The translations under genes and the position numbers were made by a program. Positions 14,610 through 28,288 of a DNA stretch of 64,000 nucleotides are shown piece by piece. Below the pieces are notes generated by a model. That model was given only the letters and a program-made list of their open reading frames with translations. It had not been told where the DNA came from and did not search any database. How positions within the stretch are numbered: position 1 is the first letter of the stretch; each line of letters starts with the position of its first letter. Source of the stretch: Tricharina praecox (taxonomy: Eukaryota); NCBI RefSeq assembly GCF_024521635.1, contig NW_026250413.1, forward strand, positions 186,001 to 250,000, written 5' to 3'.

Positions 14610-15794
14610 AGAAGGTCGAGGACCCGAAGTCTATCTACCCCCGTACATCTGTCGTCACTCGGACCTATCTACAACCCTACACCAGGCCACCTCCCACGCT
14701 CAGTACCCCGCCCCCATCCTCCTCTCCTCCATCTCGGCGTCCAGCATCGTCGCCGACCCTTGGCCGTACCAAAAGGGTACTGTCGTGTGAAACGGGTTTG
14801 CACCCGTATTCAAGGCCTCCCAAAAGGTGCCCTTCTTCTTGGCCGTACCCTTCTTCGCAAAGAGGGCGGTCGATAACTCGGTGTTGGTATATGCGGATAC
14901 ACCGTGCCGGTCCCATGCATATGAGCGCTCGAGGATCTGGTCTAGAATCTCCTGGCAGCTTCCGGCACTTTCACTTGAGTTGAGACTTGTTCGAAAAGCA
15001 AGCCACACATCACCCGTCGGGAGTCCTTGGACCATGTAGGATGCCAGAACTTTCTCTGGCAGCTCGGTGCCCACGTTGCGCAACTCTGTAGCTATCTCCA
15101 GAATTCGAGAGTGATAAGCAGCCGCGCTGTCGAAGTCGGCCCTGCGGATGGCGTTCAGCTTGTAGAGACCAACGTTCGCGTCGATCTTGGCCACCCGGTT
15201 GAAGTCCTTCTCGATGTCCGTCCAGAGAACGTCTGGTGCCGAGATGTACTTCTTGTCTGCATACCGCATTCGCACAGAGGGGTCCAGGGAACGTTGAATC
15301 TTCGCTGTGGCCATGCCGACCTTACAAAGGCCCTACGGGCCGCAACACCCCGAGGGAGGCAAACGTCTCTAACGGGTAGAGATGGAACACGTGCAGCCCC
15401 AATATATCTGCATCGCCTCCAGCGCCGTGGGGGTGCGGTGCGTGCAGCAGGTCGGGACCTGGGCATACGCCATGGGCATTGGGGACTGCCGGGGCAGCGT
15501 GCGGAGGCACAGCGGCCTGAGTGGAGGGGCCAGACTGAGTCTGGCCGGAGGAGGTAGACGGAGTCTGACCGAAGGGAGTAGGCTGAGTGGCCGGAGGAAG
15601 TTGACGTAGTCTGGCCGATGGAAGTAGGCTGAGTCTGGAGCTGAGGAAGCAGACTGAGCTGGAGCGGAGGAAGCAGACTGAGCCGGAGTGGTCGAAGCAG
15701 ACTGAGCCGGAGCGGAGGAAGTAGACTGAGCCGGATCGGTCGAAGCAGACTGAGCTGGAGCGGAGGAAGCAGCAAACATCTGTTGTCCGTCCAT
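14610..15794 (-). mobile_element. Decayed Ty1/Copia-type gag (UBN2/Retrotran_gag-like) with possible protease remnant; no RT/integrase
   Basis: ORF 14700-15314: LWTDIEKDF...AAAYHSRILEIATELRNVGTELPEKVLASYMVQGLP..W..FRTSL resembles Copia gag; upstream part (ATG 15794, PAQSASSA repeats, EAMQIY) is spread over three frames; downstream *IDFGSS (~14615-14640) resembles a mutated W-x-DSGAS protease motif. No LTR pair found. Confidence 0.72.
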
Positions 15795-16287
15795 CTTGGT
15801 CGATGAAGAGCTGGTCAATTTTGTAGAAACGTTAGCGAGATCGAGCAGAGAAGACAAACCCGAGAGTCGTGGGAATGGTTCTGAGATTGTGCAAAGAAGG
15901 CAGCAGGAGATTTGTGGAACCAAGGTGGTGTGTGATGTGGAAAGGGGAAGAAGCGTTCTGGCGGCAATTCTCGCGGGTTTTATGGGTGAGGTTGGCCACT
16001 AGCCGTTTCCCTAATTTTGGTTTGTTTGACGCTCACAGCCAATTCTGCTAGATCACTCGGTCGTCGTTGCTATTGACGCTGGAATTCACTATCAGATCGT
16101 TGCTTATCATATCACTAATCTACCCCGCCCCATCATCAATCCACCGCCTAGATCGATACTATCGGCGGCGAAAAAGCCATCAGAGAACCATTTTTACGTG
16201 GGGATCGCAGTAACTACACCGGTACCGTAGCAAACATGATTGCCACCTACTAGTATATCCCACCGCATCCCACCGCGTCCGTAGTAG

Positions 16288-16385
16288 TTTTGTTTTTGTT
16301 TAATCATCATTGCATTCGACCTTAGGTTCTTAGTTGGTGGATCATGGCATATTACATACCTCATATCCTTTTCCACCCAACTGTC
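16288..16385 (-). repeat. Dispersed repeat; copy of the poly(A)-tailed fragment at 58582-58660
   Basis: Manual alignment: TTTTTGTTTAATCATC.ATTG.ATT.GACCTTAG..GATCATGGCA.ATTACATA..TCC.TTTCCACCC..CTGTC is shared with 58582-58659. Confidence 0.75.
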
Positions 16386-19300
16386 GCCTCACCGACCAGC
16401 TCGATACCTATTGGTTGCCTATCACTCTTCACCCAGCCCAGCTCAGCCCTCCCCAACCGCGTCCGTATGTAGTCCATCTCCGGCGCAGACAGAGCGTGCA
16501 TACCCACCGCAGGATCCAAAGATCCAAAGATTCCGTTGCGTGCGTGCGTTTGGGCCGCAGGCGAGTGCGAATCTATGCAGCAACCACCTTCCCGCGCCCC
16601 CCCCCCCCCGCGACGAGCTGGCGGCCGCCGATATGTACGATAAACCCAGCCAGCAGGCTACCTCAAGCGGCGGCGGCGGTAGTTACCTTACCTAGCGGTA
16701 GCCAGTCGCTTTGACCAGCGCTGCCCAGCCCAGTGCAGTTCGAAGCCGGCTGCCGGCGAGACGACCGACCGACCGACCCGCGCCCCCGAGCCCCCGACCC
16801 GCGCCCCAGCATGTTCCCTGCACATCGCAAGAATCCACAGCCCCGCCCTATGTATCCCTGCCGGCTACCGTACATAGCATACCCTCCCGCTCATGGTCAG
16901 TTGGGTTCGGCCGAGATTCCGAGCTGCGGGGTACTGACGGGACGGTGGGTACGGTACCGTGGGTCCCCCCTCACCACCACCCCACCCACCCTCGGGACGC
17001 TATGCGGTACGGTAGCGGGGTTCAAGGCTGCGTATCTACCTTGCCCAAACGTCGACTATGTACGGTAGAGTAGAGTAGAGTAGAGTAAACCCATGGCCCG
17101 GCCCCATCGGAAGACTGCGCCTGTATGTACTGACACGGTCGGTCGGGAGCATGGTCTGCACCGTGAACTCTGCACCGTAGACCACGGACCGTGGACGAAA
17201 CGTTGGCAATGACAAGCATGCATGTGTACCGCTTTGGGGGATGCGTATATGTACTATAGCCGCACGGATCGGAGGATCTGCGTCAAGTGCGTGGGTGGGT
17301 AGGTGGGGGTTGCCATGTCGCTGGGATGGAATACTCTACTGAACGTTATGTATGGGGGTATGGGAGTATGGGGGCGGAGGTGGAACCCCGGGTCGAGGAT
17401 GAGCGCTGTCATGGGAGGGAGGGGGGAGGTGTGGAAAGATCCACGGTGGATGGTGGTGGTAGGGACTGGGGAGGAGGTTTATTAGGCGTTGGTAAGGAAT
17501 TGAGACGTCTCGAGAGTCGAGACAGTGGTTGGTAAGGTAGGTATCACTCGATGTGTCGGGATCGAGGGCTGGGTTTTCTGGATTCTCTGGGATCGGGGGT
17601 GAGGCCGAATGAACGGTGGCAGGAAACCGAGACGTCTCGAGACTGTGGCTGGTACGGTAGGTATCACTCGATGTATCGGGGATCCCAAGCTAGAATCTCC
17701 AGGAACGAGGGTGAGGGAGATTCCATTCTGGTCGCTCGCGAAGGGGAATCCCGCTTGAGGAAGTATCACATCACGAAAGGAATGAAGGATGCAGCAATGG
17801 GAGAGAAGGCTGCACTTGTCGCCCGGTGTGGCGGAGCGAGAGGAGGACCTATGTGCGGGAGAAAACGAATGTGGTTAGTACTATAGTGGGCATCAACGTT
17901 GGTGGGAATCAATGTTGGTGGCGGGGTTCTTCTTCTTCTTCTTCTTTCTGGATCATCATCTACGGAATACCTAGACGATCAACCTCCATATCTCCTCTTT
18001 CTTCTGTGTGTGTGTGTATGCTCTCCTCTCGATCTCGCCTCCGGCCCGGAGCTGGAGGGGTGTTGGCAAAAGAGCCGTCTACAAAACCGGATTCCAATTA
18101 CAAAGTGGCAGGAGACCCGGGACTGACCACCGATATCACTCGACTCAACTCGACTAGTCACCACCGAGAACTCAACTCAACTCACGCCGGGAGAAACGAC
18201 TGGACTCGAGGGTGCCGCATCTGGACACTGAGGAATGAATGGTCATATCTATTTGAGTATGTAGGACGGCTGTACATAGTAGGAAGCGACTACCTAATCG
18301 AATACCTGACAATATGAAGCCGACCATTGAAACCACTCGACCGATCACTGCCTCGAACCGGCGCCGACGGAAAGCACAGGGCTCCACACAAGACTCGTCA
18401 CTCATGAATGAAGGCGGCTGTTTGGCGGACGAAACAAGATCCTTAACGAGAGTACCCGTACCGTACCGTACGGAAGGCTGTAGCAGCAGCAGGAGGAGGA
18501 CACCAATCCCAATCGACGCTCTCGTGTGTGTGTGTGCAAAAGGCAATCGTTCGTCGGGGCATGGTACGTACCATGTAGTCCCGGCCTGCTCGACTTTCCC
18601 TCGCTCTCGCTCGCTCGAAAACCACCGGGTTTGACCTGGGCCCCGAGTCAACACAACAGGGCTCAAGGCTGAAGAAGATCTGCTCGGGCCGGGGCGTGAA
18701 ACGGAGGATTCAGGAAGCATGATGGATGGGATCTGACTTCTCACGTTCGGAAGGCTGTACAATATAGTACATGAGAGCAGGCCACGAACGGCCGGACTAC
18801 ATACCGGTAGGAGCCTGGGTTCGGGCAGGGCCAGGAGCAGGAGCCGATGCGATGCGCGAACCACGGGGCATTGGGCAAACCCTTGGGACCTGACACCAAC
18901 AGGCAACAGGCAACAGGACCACCCCCCCGCGGCGGATGATGTGAAGGAAACCGGATTCGCGGCCGGCGAGGAGGGAAGAACCTTGCTATGTACCTATCTG
19001 CTACCTATCTGCTATCTGTGATGGGCCGGCGAATGTTGGAGTGAGATCCCTATGCGGGGTCATGGACTCGTGCCAATCGATAATCTACAAGAAGTTGCTC
19101 TGGCGGGAGAGAGAGAGAGAGAACAGCAATTAACTGTCGCATACGGCCTTACTAGACTACCTATGACGACCACCAACTTCCCGACCTTTCCTGCTAGTTG
19201 TTCCGGCGGGAGGGAGAGAGAGATCTTCAAATTGTTCCCGCGGGTAGGTAGAGGGGAGCGTCACTCGTCCATGAGAACGAGTGATAACCACCTCGACCTA

Positions 19301-21624
19301 TCTCGGAAAGGGAAGGGAAGGGAAGCACAAGCCCATCCGTCCGCCTCCCCCTCCCCCATCGCATCCCACATATGCCCGCACATACATACATACATATGCT
19401 CCATTCGTTCAGCACCAGTCCACAGTCCAGTCCAGCCCTTACGTTGGAATCCAATCCAGCTCACCGGTACGGCGGTACATACATACGTCCCGCCATTCCA
19501 ACCTCCAAGTTCCAACCAACCTACTTTGCCTAGAAGCCGGCGGCGCCCCTTGCTCCGGCGGCCGGGAGTGCTCGCGTGGAGTGGAGTCGGATGAATCGAA
19601 GGGGGAAGGGTTCCGGAGCGTTTCATCTGGTCTGGCTGGCGACATTAAGTCGGCGACGTCGGATATGTATTGTGGAGTACGAACCGAGGAGTTCGTCGTA
19701 CGGGTTAGTTATCCATCACTCGTTGAGTCGTTGCCGGTTGCGGCGCGCCGGCGCTTGTCGATCGACGTCTGTCTGTCGTTGTGAATAAAAGCGGATGGAT
19801 AGATGGACGGATGGATGACTGGTACGGTACCTATTGGAGGCAATTGCAATCGATGGGGGACTGGGGACTTCGCCAGGCCACTCCGACTCAGTGTCCGAGA
19901 ACAGTTTTCCTGGCAACTGCTGACCGGAGCCATAACTATTGGACAAATGGAGGCTCGACCTGCAACTGCAATCGGCGGGGGAATGGGGGCTTCGCCAGAC
20001 CACACTCAGTGTGCTCGGGTACACTTTTCCTGGCAACTTCCGGGGCCATCATACTCGGCATATGCATGGAAGTATGAAAGAAGGGAAGTCAAAAGCTCCG
20101 ATCAACGACGTTGGGACTCTAACTAGAGTAGATATGTCGCTGACCCCAGTTGCTGGGCTCGGTCTCGGGCTCGGGCTCGGGCTACATACTCTACATACCT
20201 ACTCTGCATACATGTGAGTACCGTACAGACGCACCTCAGTTGCTGGACGCACAGCTGACTACATACTAGATATCTACCAAAGACAGACAGAGCACCGAAT
20301 GTCCAGCGTGCATCTTTGGGGTCCGGACGGTGATGGCTACTGTGATGGAGCCATGTGTCTTGCATCATGCACCATCCATCAGCACCCACCCCAGGTCCTC
20401 AGGGCCCAGGGCTCACAGAAGCCCGGTCGCTGGGCTGGGCTGGAAAGTACCAACTATATACGCCCGGCAACCTCCACGACCGAACGGCCGGTCAGCTCAG
20501 CTCAGCGAATCAGACCCGGATTCGGATTCGGATTTGCTCGATTCCGTAGCGGCCGCGGAGGATTGACTGCGAATAGTGTCCAGGGATTCCGCCGTCGGAC
20601 AGACCCTCTCGACCCGAGATATTCTTCTTGTTCTGCTGCCTCTTCTTCTTCGGCTTCGTGGGATCTGGTTGGAGTATGGAGGTTAGGTATAGTACGGTTT
20701 ATGTAGGTATTCCAGACATCTACATACATAGAGTAGAGTACCTACCCACTCCATGCGTGTGCGGTATGTCTGGTACTCTATGGTACTTGGGTCGGTGTGT
20801 AGATGTACCTACTCTGTGTGTGTGAACACTCCAAGCTGACGGGATACCTAACTCACCATCGATAGTAGTTGTCCGCTGGCAGCATATGTATCTGCTCCAA
20901 GTACATATGTACGTTCAACGGTTTTTTCTTTCCAGTTATCCTACCTACATGTGAGCAATGAGCATGGTAGTTATGCTACGTTCCTCCACTCCGCCTCCCC
21001 TTCCAAGTTCCGTTCCGTTCGCGGGCCTAGATACCTGCCAATCATCTGTAACCTATCATATACCCGGTGTGACAGTATCACCAAGTAAGTACCCCTCCCC
21101 TCCCCTTCCGTGTCCCTCTTCCCTGCACAACACTCAACATGAAACGGATTAAACGGATTAAACGGATTAAAATGGCCTTCCAGAATTCAAAGCCCGGCGA
21201 CGACGACGACCAAGCACAAGCACGAGCACAAGACCAAGCACAAGCGGTCAACTCAAGCACAAGCGGTCAATTCAAGCCAAGCGGTTGAATTAAGCGGCTC
21301 GACTGGACTCGACTGGATGTGTCTCTCTGTTGCCGGTCGAGCAGGACAGAAAGCGGAGGAATAACACCCCACGGCCCCCAATTAGGTGACTGACCAGGTG
21401 ACTGGCCGTTGGCATGAATTGCTTCTGCAGACTCCGACGACGGCGAAGACGACTCCGACGACGGCCCAATGCCATTGGGCGGATGAGAGACGTGATTAGC
21501 TGGAATGCGTGGGCAGAATCACCGAGTCGGTCGGTTGGTCGTCCAAAGGGTTTTCACATGCGCGTCCTCTTCAACTGGGGAGCAATCCAGTAGGTGTCTG
21601 ACCGTTGACGCTCGCATAGGCACG

Positions 21625-21696
21625 TACTCTATGTACTCTATGTACTCTATGTACTCTATGTACTCTATGTACTCTATGTACTCTATGTACTCTATG
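21625..21696. repeat. (TACTCTATG)x8 tandem repeat
   Basis: Directly visible, perfect copies. Confidence 0.95.
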
Positions 21697-24085
21697 TAGC
21701 ATGACATTCTGGATGACTACAGCATCGCCGCACACTCGCGTTTTCTCAAGTACCGGTATGTATCATACCGGCCATGCTATATATCCCTCCCTTGCCCGCC
21801 GCCTCCGTATTCGTCTCCGCCCGCCCGCTCGCCCCCCTGGCCCCTCCCCCGGCCCCCAAGAAAACCGTCGGCAGGGAGCCGGCGGGGCGTGGCGTGGCTG
21901 TGAGACAAGCAAGCAAGGAAACTTCCGAACCCAACAAACACCGGGTGGGGTGACTTGAAGGGCGAGCCGGGATGTTCGGATGTGATGAACAATCAACTTT
22001 CTCTCTCTGGAATCTGGATCTGGAATCTGGCAATGAGGATCTGGCAATGAGGATCGTGCTGCGCGACCATTACTATGATATGTAGTGGTCAGTCTTCTAG
22101 ATGAATATGGTGCAGTGACTGATTGTGTCGGACGCAGTGCGCACTGCAACACGAGGACAAATGGCCTAGTTACTCATGTAGGTACCGACTGAGCGAAGGG
22201 GCACCAGATGGCTGGCCTGATCTGCGGGTGAGAGGCGGCGAGAAAGAGGCGGAGAATTCTTGCTGGTGGACAGGAGGATTTGTATGTAGAGTACCGTAAC
22301 CTAGCCCTTCGAGAATGGGCTCGGAACGAATGGCGACTGCAGGGGGTCGGTCACTGGGGTGGCATTGACAGGCAGGACTGAGGAAACAGAGCTCCGTCAC
22401 CGTCACCGTCAGCGGCAGTGGAACCGTCAGCGGTATCGTCATCGTCGTCTTGGTATGGTATATACCGTATGTAGGGGCGCTCGAGAACAGAAAAGGAAAA
22501 GGAAAAGAAAAGAAAAAGAAGAGAGGCCCTGCAGAGTTGCAGCGCAGAGTTGCAACGAATCACAGAATCACAGAATTATTATCTGTTAATTATCGCGAAT
22601 TTGATCCTGATCGGGCCTATATGCGACAAGGGAGAATTGGCGGCTCCGGGGGGAGGGGGGTCGCGAGCTGGCATTGTGTTTTCAGACTTTTGCCGGATTT
22701 CCCCTTTCCGCACCGCACACCCCCCCCAATTCCCGCGTCTTTCTTTCTGCAGCAACGAAGCACACACACAGACACTCGGACACTCAGACACACTCGGACA
22801 CTCAGACACACTCGGACACTCAGACACACCACCACTGCTGCCGCTGCTCCGTTCACACACACACACATACGGCGCGCACAGACGTCTTTCGCACCATCAC
22901 CCGGACCGATCCACCATCCCCCTTTCCCTTCCCTCCCCCCTCCCCTCCCTCGCTCTCTGCGCGAACGGCCGCCAACTTTTGTCCTACTACTACCACTACT
23001 ACTTGCTACTACTACTCTACTAGGTCTCAGCAAATCGAAACTCAGCATCGGACGCCCGCCCTTGCTTGACGGACGGTTACAGACCAAACCGGCCTACCCC
23101 ATCCATCCCCATCCCCCCTCCCACCTCCACCCCCCTCCCTCCCCTCCCATCCAGCAAAAGTCACTGCCCACCGTACACGGCCGCCCACCCGCCAGTCGGT
23201 CTGGGCTCACTGTTCCTGGCGGAGAAGTCGGCCGGAGAAGAAGACCACGCTCGCAGAGCTTCCGCCGCTGCCCGCTACTGCTACCAATACTACTACTACG
23301 TATCGTCTGTGTGTGTGTGTGTGTGTGTGAACGGTGTGTGTGTGAGGGTGTGTGAGGGTGTGTGAGAGGGTGTGAAGGGTGTATCAACGGTGTGTGGTGT
23401 GTGTGGTGTGTGTGCTTTGGCTCTCACGCGGACAGACGGACAGACGGACGGACTCATGTCGTCTACAGCAGCTGCTGCTGCGGCTGCTGGTGTTGCGGCT
23501 GGTGCTGCTGGGGCTGGCTCGGCGACGGCGATGGCGGCGGCGGCGGATTCTAGGTGTGTGTGATTCTGTGGTTTTGGTCATAAAGTGGTTGTTTGGTTCC
23601 GGTATCTCCTGAAGTTCCTACCTATCCGTCGTCCGTACTCTACCACTCTTGAGAAGTACCTGCTCTACTACTATACCTGCTATACCTACTCTACCTACAT
23701 AAGTTCTTGTGTTGTTGCAAACTTGTACGCGGCCGAGGGCGAATGAGATTGGCTTCATCGGTATTCTTGTATCCTGCAGCTGTCATCTCTCCCCCTCCAC
23801 CCCCCCTCCCGTCTCCCCCCCCTCCCCCCCACACCCTCCATTCCTTTTGGTTCATATATCCTTTTTGTTCGGTTCATCAATCCTCATACGATACCTATCC
23901 CATATCCTGCTTTGCCCGCTCGGTATCGTCCGCAAGAGTGCCCGCTCCCGCCCCACCCCCATCCCCCATTCCTCCCCCCCACCCGCCGCCGCAGCAGCAG
24001 AAGCTACTAGCCCTGGCATATCCTTGATTCGAGCTGTGTGGCTCCCTACCACTCGCGGGAATAACTGGCAACTTCATCACCAATC

Positions 24086-27048
24086 ATGAAGCCACCCGTG
24101 AGCGATAGCAGCCCACAGCCGGGATCGGATTCCCCACACACTACTGCGAGCGGCTGCCGCCAACTCCCAAGCTCCTTGATCGCCGGCGGCGGCGGTGGCG
24201 GTGGTGGTGTTGGTACCGGTGGTGGTGGTGGTGGTGGTGGTGGTGGTGTTGGTGGTGGTGTCGGTACCGGTGGTGGTGGTTGTGGTAGTGGTGGTGCTGC
24301 CGCTGCCGCTGCTGCTGGTGCCTGGAAGCTTTCTCTCCCTGCTCTCACAACCACTGCCATGTCTGCAATGTCAGACAAGTCTCGACCAGGGACTGCGAGT
24401 GCGAATCGTGATGCTACAGCATCCCCTCTGTCCGCGTCTCCTTCACCGTCCCCAATGTCGTCCCTCGCGAATGCACTTGCGATGAAGAAGCGTCTGTCCG
24501 ACTCGATCACTGACAGTTGGAGCAGAAGGCGCCCGTCCTTACCGCAGGGTGCAACTCCGCCGACGATACTACCGGGTTCCTCTCGCTACAGCAAGGACGC
24601 TTCCAGTAATAGCAATGGGAGCTCCGTCGCCTCGAAATCGCGAAGCCGAGCGTCATCGGCGGCTACCCCTACAGCCGGCACTTACGCGCGAAGTCCCCCG
24701 TCGTTGAACTCGTCGCCGTCGCTGGCAACCATCGCGTCGGTGGCCAGCTCCAGCAGCGGTTCCAGCTACCGTGGCGGCCTGTCCCGAAGGGATTCGTATG
24801 ATATCATGAGGGGCTACTCGCAACCCTCGCTAGCCAGCATACCGAGTCGCGGCGCGACGCCAGGAGAGGATTCGCCAACAATACCACGTGCTTTGGATCC
24901 TGTGCGGAACGTCTCGAGCCGGCCCATTGCTAACTTGGCCGACATACGGCAGGCGGAGGAAGATGGCTCTCTAGATTACCAGGGCGGCTTCTGGGAGGTG
25001 GCTGAGAACGTCGATCCTACCGTTCAGGCGGCTGCGGATGTCGGGATGAGGCGGGTGGGCCTGACGCGGAAAATCTCGGATTCCAGGAGGATAATGACGC
25101 CGGTGTTGGACAATCAGGATGAGGGAGGCGGGAGTGCTGCCGAATTGGAGGAGGGGGACGACCACGACGAGAGCACAGTGTTAGTGGCTACACCAAGGAA
25201 CCGGGGATCGACACAGTCTGGCGCCCAATCGTCGACGTACGACATGTCGTCGGACGAGGAATCCACTTCGTCTTCGGTGGGAACGAAATCGACAATCGGT
25301 TCGACGCGGACGGGAGCTTCGTTCACGAACGCAAAAACAAGATCGTCAAGGGGCTCGGGATATCCGCATCTGGAATTGCAGACTACTTTTACGCGGCCGT
25401 CTACGGCCAACTCCATGGCGGTCGATCGGCAGGTATCCGCGTTGATGCGGCCTTCGAGCTCGACGGGGTATCTGTCGAGGACAATGAATGCTTCGCCGAT
25501 GAAATCCGGCACACCTTCGGGCAAGGTGAGGTTGCTACCTGGGCTAGAGATCCCGGGATTGGAGGAGTCGGGTTCGCGCCTGTCATCTCTCGCGGGCAGA
25601 TCCTCGTCGTCAACTTCATCGAGCCAGCATACATCTGCGGCGAGCAGTAGAGCACCCTCAACGAACATCAGCTCGGTGATCCGTTCGGACAGCAATTCGT
25701 CCACAACTAGCACTTCGACAAGTACGCAAACGGCAAGGACCAATACCCCATCCGCTCAGAGAAAGTTGGTTTCGTCGCGTGACCGGAATGCCATCCCAAG
25801 AGCGCCTGCTGCAGCGGCTTCGACTCTCAAGAGCAAATCCCGACACCCGCCCAGCCTCGAGCCGCCGATTCCGGACCCCGCCAGTGCGCCCAAAGTTGAC
25901 CCTGCTCCAGCGAGCGGGATGTATTGGTATAAGGCGCCGACGCATGGCCTGGAACATAAACCGTTGCGCGCGCACACGTGTACGCTCGTAGGGAGTAATA
26001 TCTATGTGTTTGGCGGGTGTGATCTGACCACGTGCTTCCATGACATGCACGTCTTCGACGCGGACTCCATGTCGTGGTCGAAACCCGAAGTGTGCGGCGA
26101 CATACCGCCGCGGCTGCGCGCGATGACGTGTACCGCGGTCCGCAACAAGCTCGTCATATTTGGCGGCGGCGACGGCCCCATCTACTACAACGACATCTAC
26201 GTCTTTGACACCACGACGTCACGATATACCAAGATCGAACTGGGCAAGGACGACGTCATGCCGTGTCCTCGCCGCGCCCACACCGCCTGCCTCTACAAGA
26301 ACGGCATCTATGTGTTCGGCGGCGGAGACGGCGTCCGCGCGCTCAACGACGTGTGGCGCCTCGACGTCACCGACATCGGCAAGCCCAGCTGGCGCCAGGT
26401 CTCGCCCGCGCAGTCGACCACCCCTCCCTCCCACGACGGGAGCTCCTCGGTAGCGCCGGACCCCGTCCGCCCCAAGGCCCGCGGCTACCACACCGCAAAC
26501 ATGGTCGGCAGCAAGCTGATCATCTATGGCGGCTCCGATGGCGAGGAGTGCTTCAAGGACGTGTGGGTCTTTGATGTCGAGAAACTGCTGTGGAGCTGTG
26601 TGGAAATCAAGAAGAGCTTTTCGAGACTGAGCCACTCTGCGACCGTCATTGGGAGCTACCTGTTTGTTGTCGGGGGACACGATGGCGTCGAGTACTCGCA
26701 TGAGGTGCTGCTGTTGAATCTGGGTATGTTCCTGTCGGGTCGGGTTGGGTTGGATTGGTTTGGATTGGATACTGACCGTGTGGTGCAGTAACGATGCAGT
26801 GGGATCGCCGCAGAGTCTACGGCATGCCGCCGAGCGGCCGGGGGTATCATTGCGCGGTTCCGTACGACTCAAGACTCTTCATCATTGGCGGCTTCGACGG
26901 GTACTTGTCCCCCCCCCTCCTCATAATGCACGGGAATACTAATAGATCCAGACACCGAGTCTTCAATGACACGTACATCCTCGAGCTCGCCGTCAGCAGC
27001 TACTACAGCCAGATCTCGCACTTTAGCGTGGTGGTTAGTCCTACTTGA
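24086..27048 (+). CDS. Kelch-repeat (beta-propeller) protein with long Gly/Ser-rich disordered N-terminus
   Basis: 901-aa ORF with repeated kelch motifs (IYVFGG, LVIFGGGDG, IYVFGGGDG, LIIYGGSDG, LFVVGGHDG); two 3' introns (~26724-26789, ~26901-26951) add LFIIGGFDG..VFNDTYILEL; stop at 27048. Start may instead be ATG ~24359. Confidence 0.88.
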
Positions 27049-27737
27049 CCAGCGTTTTCCACCTTCTTCACCGACATCGACACCGCCACCGCCACCCCCA
27101 TCGCTACACACTCACGATATCCACGAACTCACTTCAACTACTCATTGTATTCACTAGTCGGCGTGGGGGTTTCCATTCCATTTCTCATTTTTCTTAGTCC
27201 ATAACTAGATCCGAAGCGCTCCTGGAGTCAAAAGTTCCCCTCTTCTCTCTTCCTCTTTTCTACTTTATTTGGGCTGGTTTGGTTAAGGGAGTGGTCTGTT
27301 TTTTGTTTTTGTTTACTTTGCCTTTTTGCCTTGCTTATGTTTCTTGGGCGTTTGCTGTTGCTGTTTGCTGTTTGCTGTGAGGGATACTGATACTTTATTG
27401 GGAGGGGGGGGTGCTGGCACTGGGAGGAGGAGGAGGAGGAGCGATGTTGGGGACTTGCTTATATTTGCTGAGGGTTGGAGACGAGGAGGGTTCTATTCTA
27501 TTCTATTCTGATGTAGTGCTGGTGCTTAAACGTTATTAACCTTTTACTGAGATCTTACTCTTCCATTCAATTTCTATTCGGCTGGTTTATATGGTGGTGG
27601 TATCATGGTCGGTGTAGAAATGGGGTGTGAATGGGGTGGGATGGGATAGGATGGGATGGGAGAATGGGGTGGGAGAATGGAATAGATTTGACTTGACTTG
27701 ACTTGATGTGACTTGACGTGACTTTACTTGACTTGAC

Positions 27738-28288
27738 CAGTGTTCGACATAGGTAGTCCGGTCGGGACTACAGTCCGGACTCCGGACTGGACGGTCTGCC
27801 AAGATCTGTCGGACGGACTGCCGAATAGTAGTCCGTCCCGTCCATGGATTCCAAGGACTGGAGGGGACTGCAGTCGGTCCTGACCTCTAAACATTTTGGA
27901 CTACATATGTAGTCCGTCCGAACACCGCTCCCGGACGGACGGCTGCCGAGATAGGTACAGTCCGGTCCGAGATACAGTCCGGTCCGAGATACAGTCCGGT
28001 CCGAGATACAGTCCGGTCCGAGATACAGTCCGGTCCGAGATACAGTCCGGTCCGAGATACAGTCCGGTCCGAGATACAGTCCGGTCCGAGATACAGTCCG
28101 GTCCGAGATACAGTCCGGTCCGAGATACAGTCCGGTCCGAGATACAGTCCGGTCCGAGATACAGTCCGGTCCGAGATACAGTCCGGTCCGAGATACAGTC
28201 CGGTCCGAGATACAGTCCGGTCCGAGATACAGTCCGGTCCAGTCAAAGGCCCAGGACGGATGGACTGGACTAGGTATGTAGAACACTG
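27738..28288. mobile_element. MITE (hAT-like TIRs), 551 bp, with internal minisatellite
   Basis: Left CAGTGTTCGACATA, right TATGTAGAACACTG (13/14 inverted match); body is colinear with 36067-36359; no TSD (GACTTGAC / GTTCAGTT). Confidence 0.88.
27969..28240. repeat. Perfect tandem array of 16 x 17-bp GAGATACAGTCCGGTCC
   Basis: 272 bp = 16 x 17; identical units without spacers; one variant unit directly upstream. Confidence 0.97.

Noticed and set aside
22450..23355. 301-aa ORF upstream of the kelch gene
   Set aside because: Non-ATG start, made of microsatellite and low-complexity sequence, no recognisable domain.
27969..28240. CRISPR-like array
   Set aside because: Units are head-to-tail with no unique spacers, there are no cas genes and the context is eukaryotic; it is a minisatellite.
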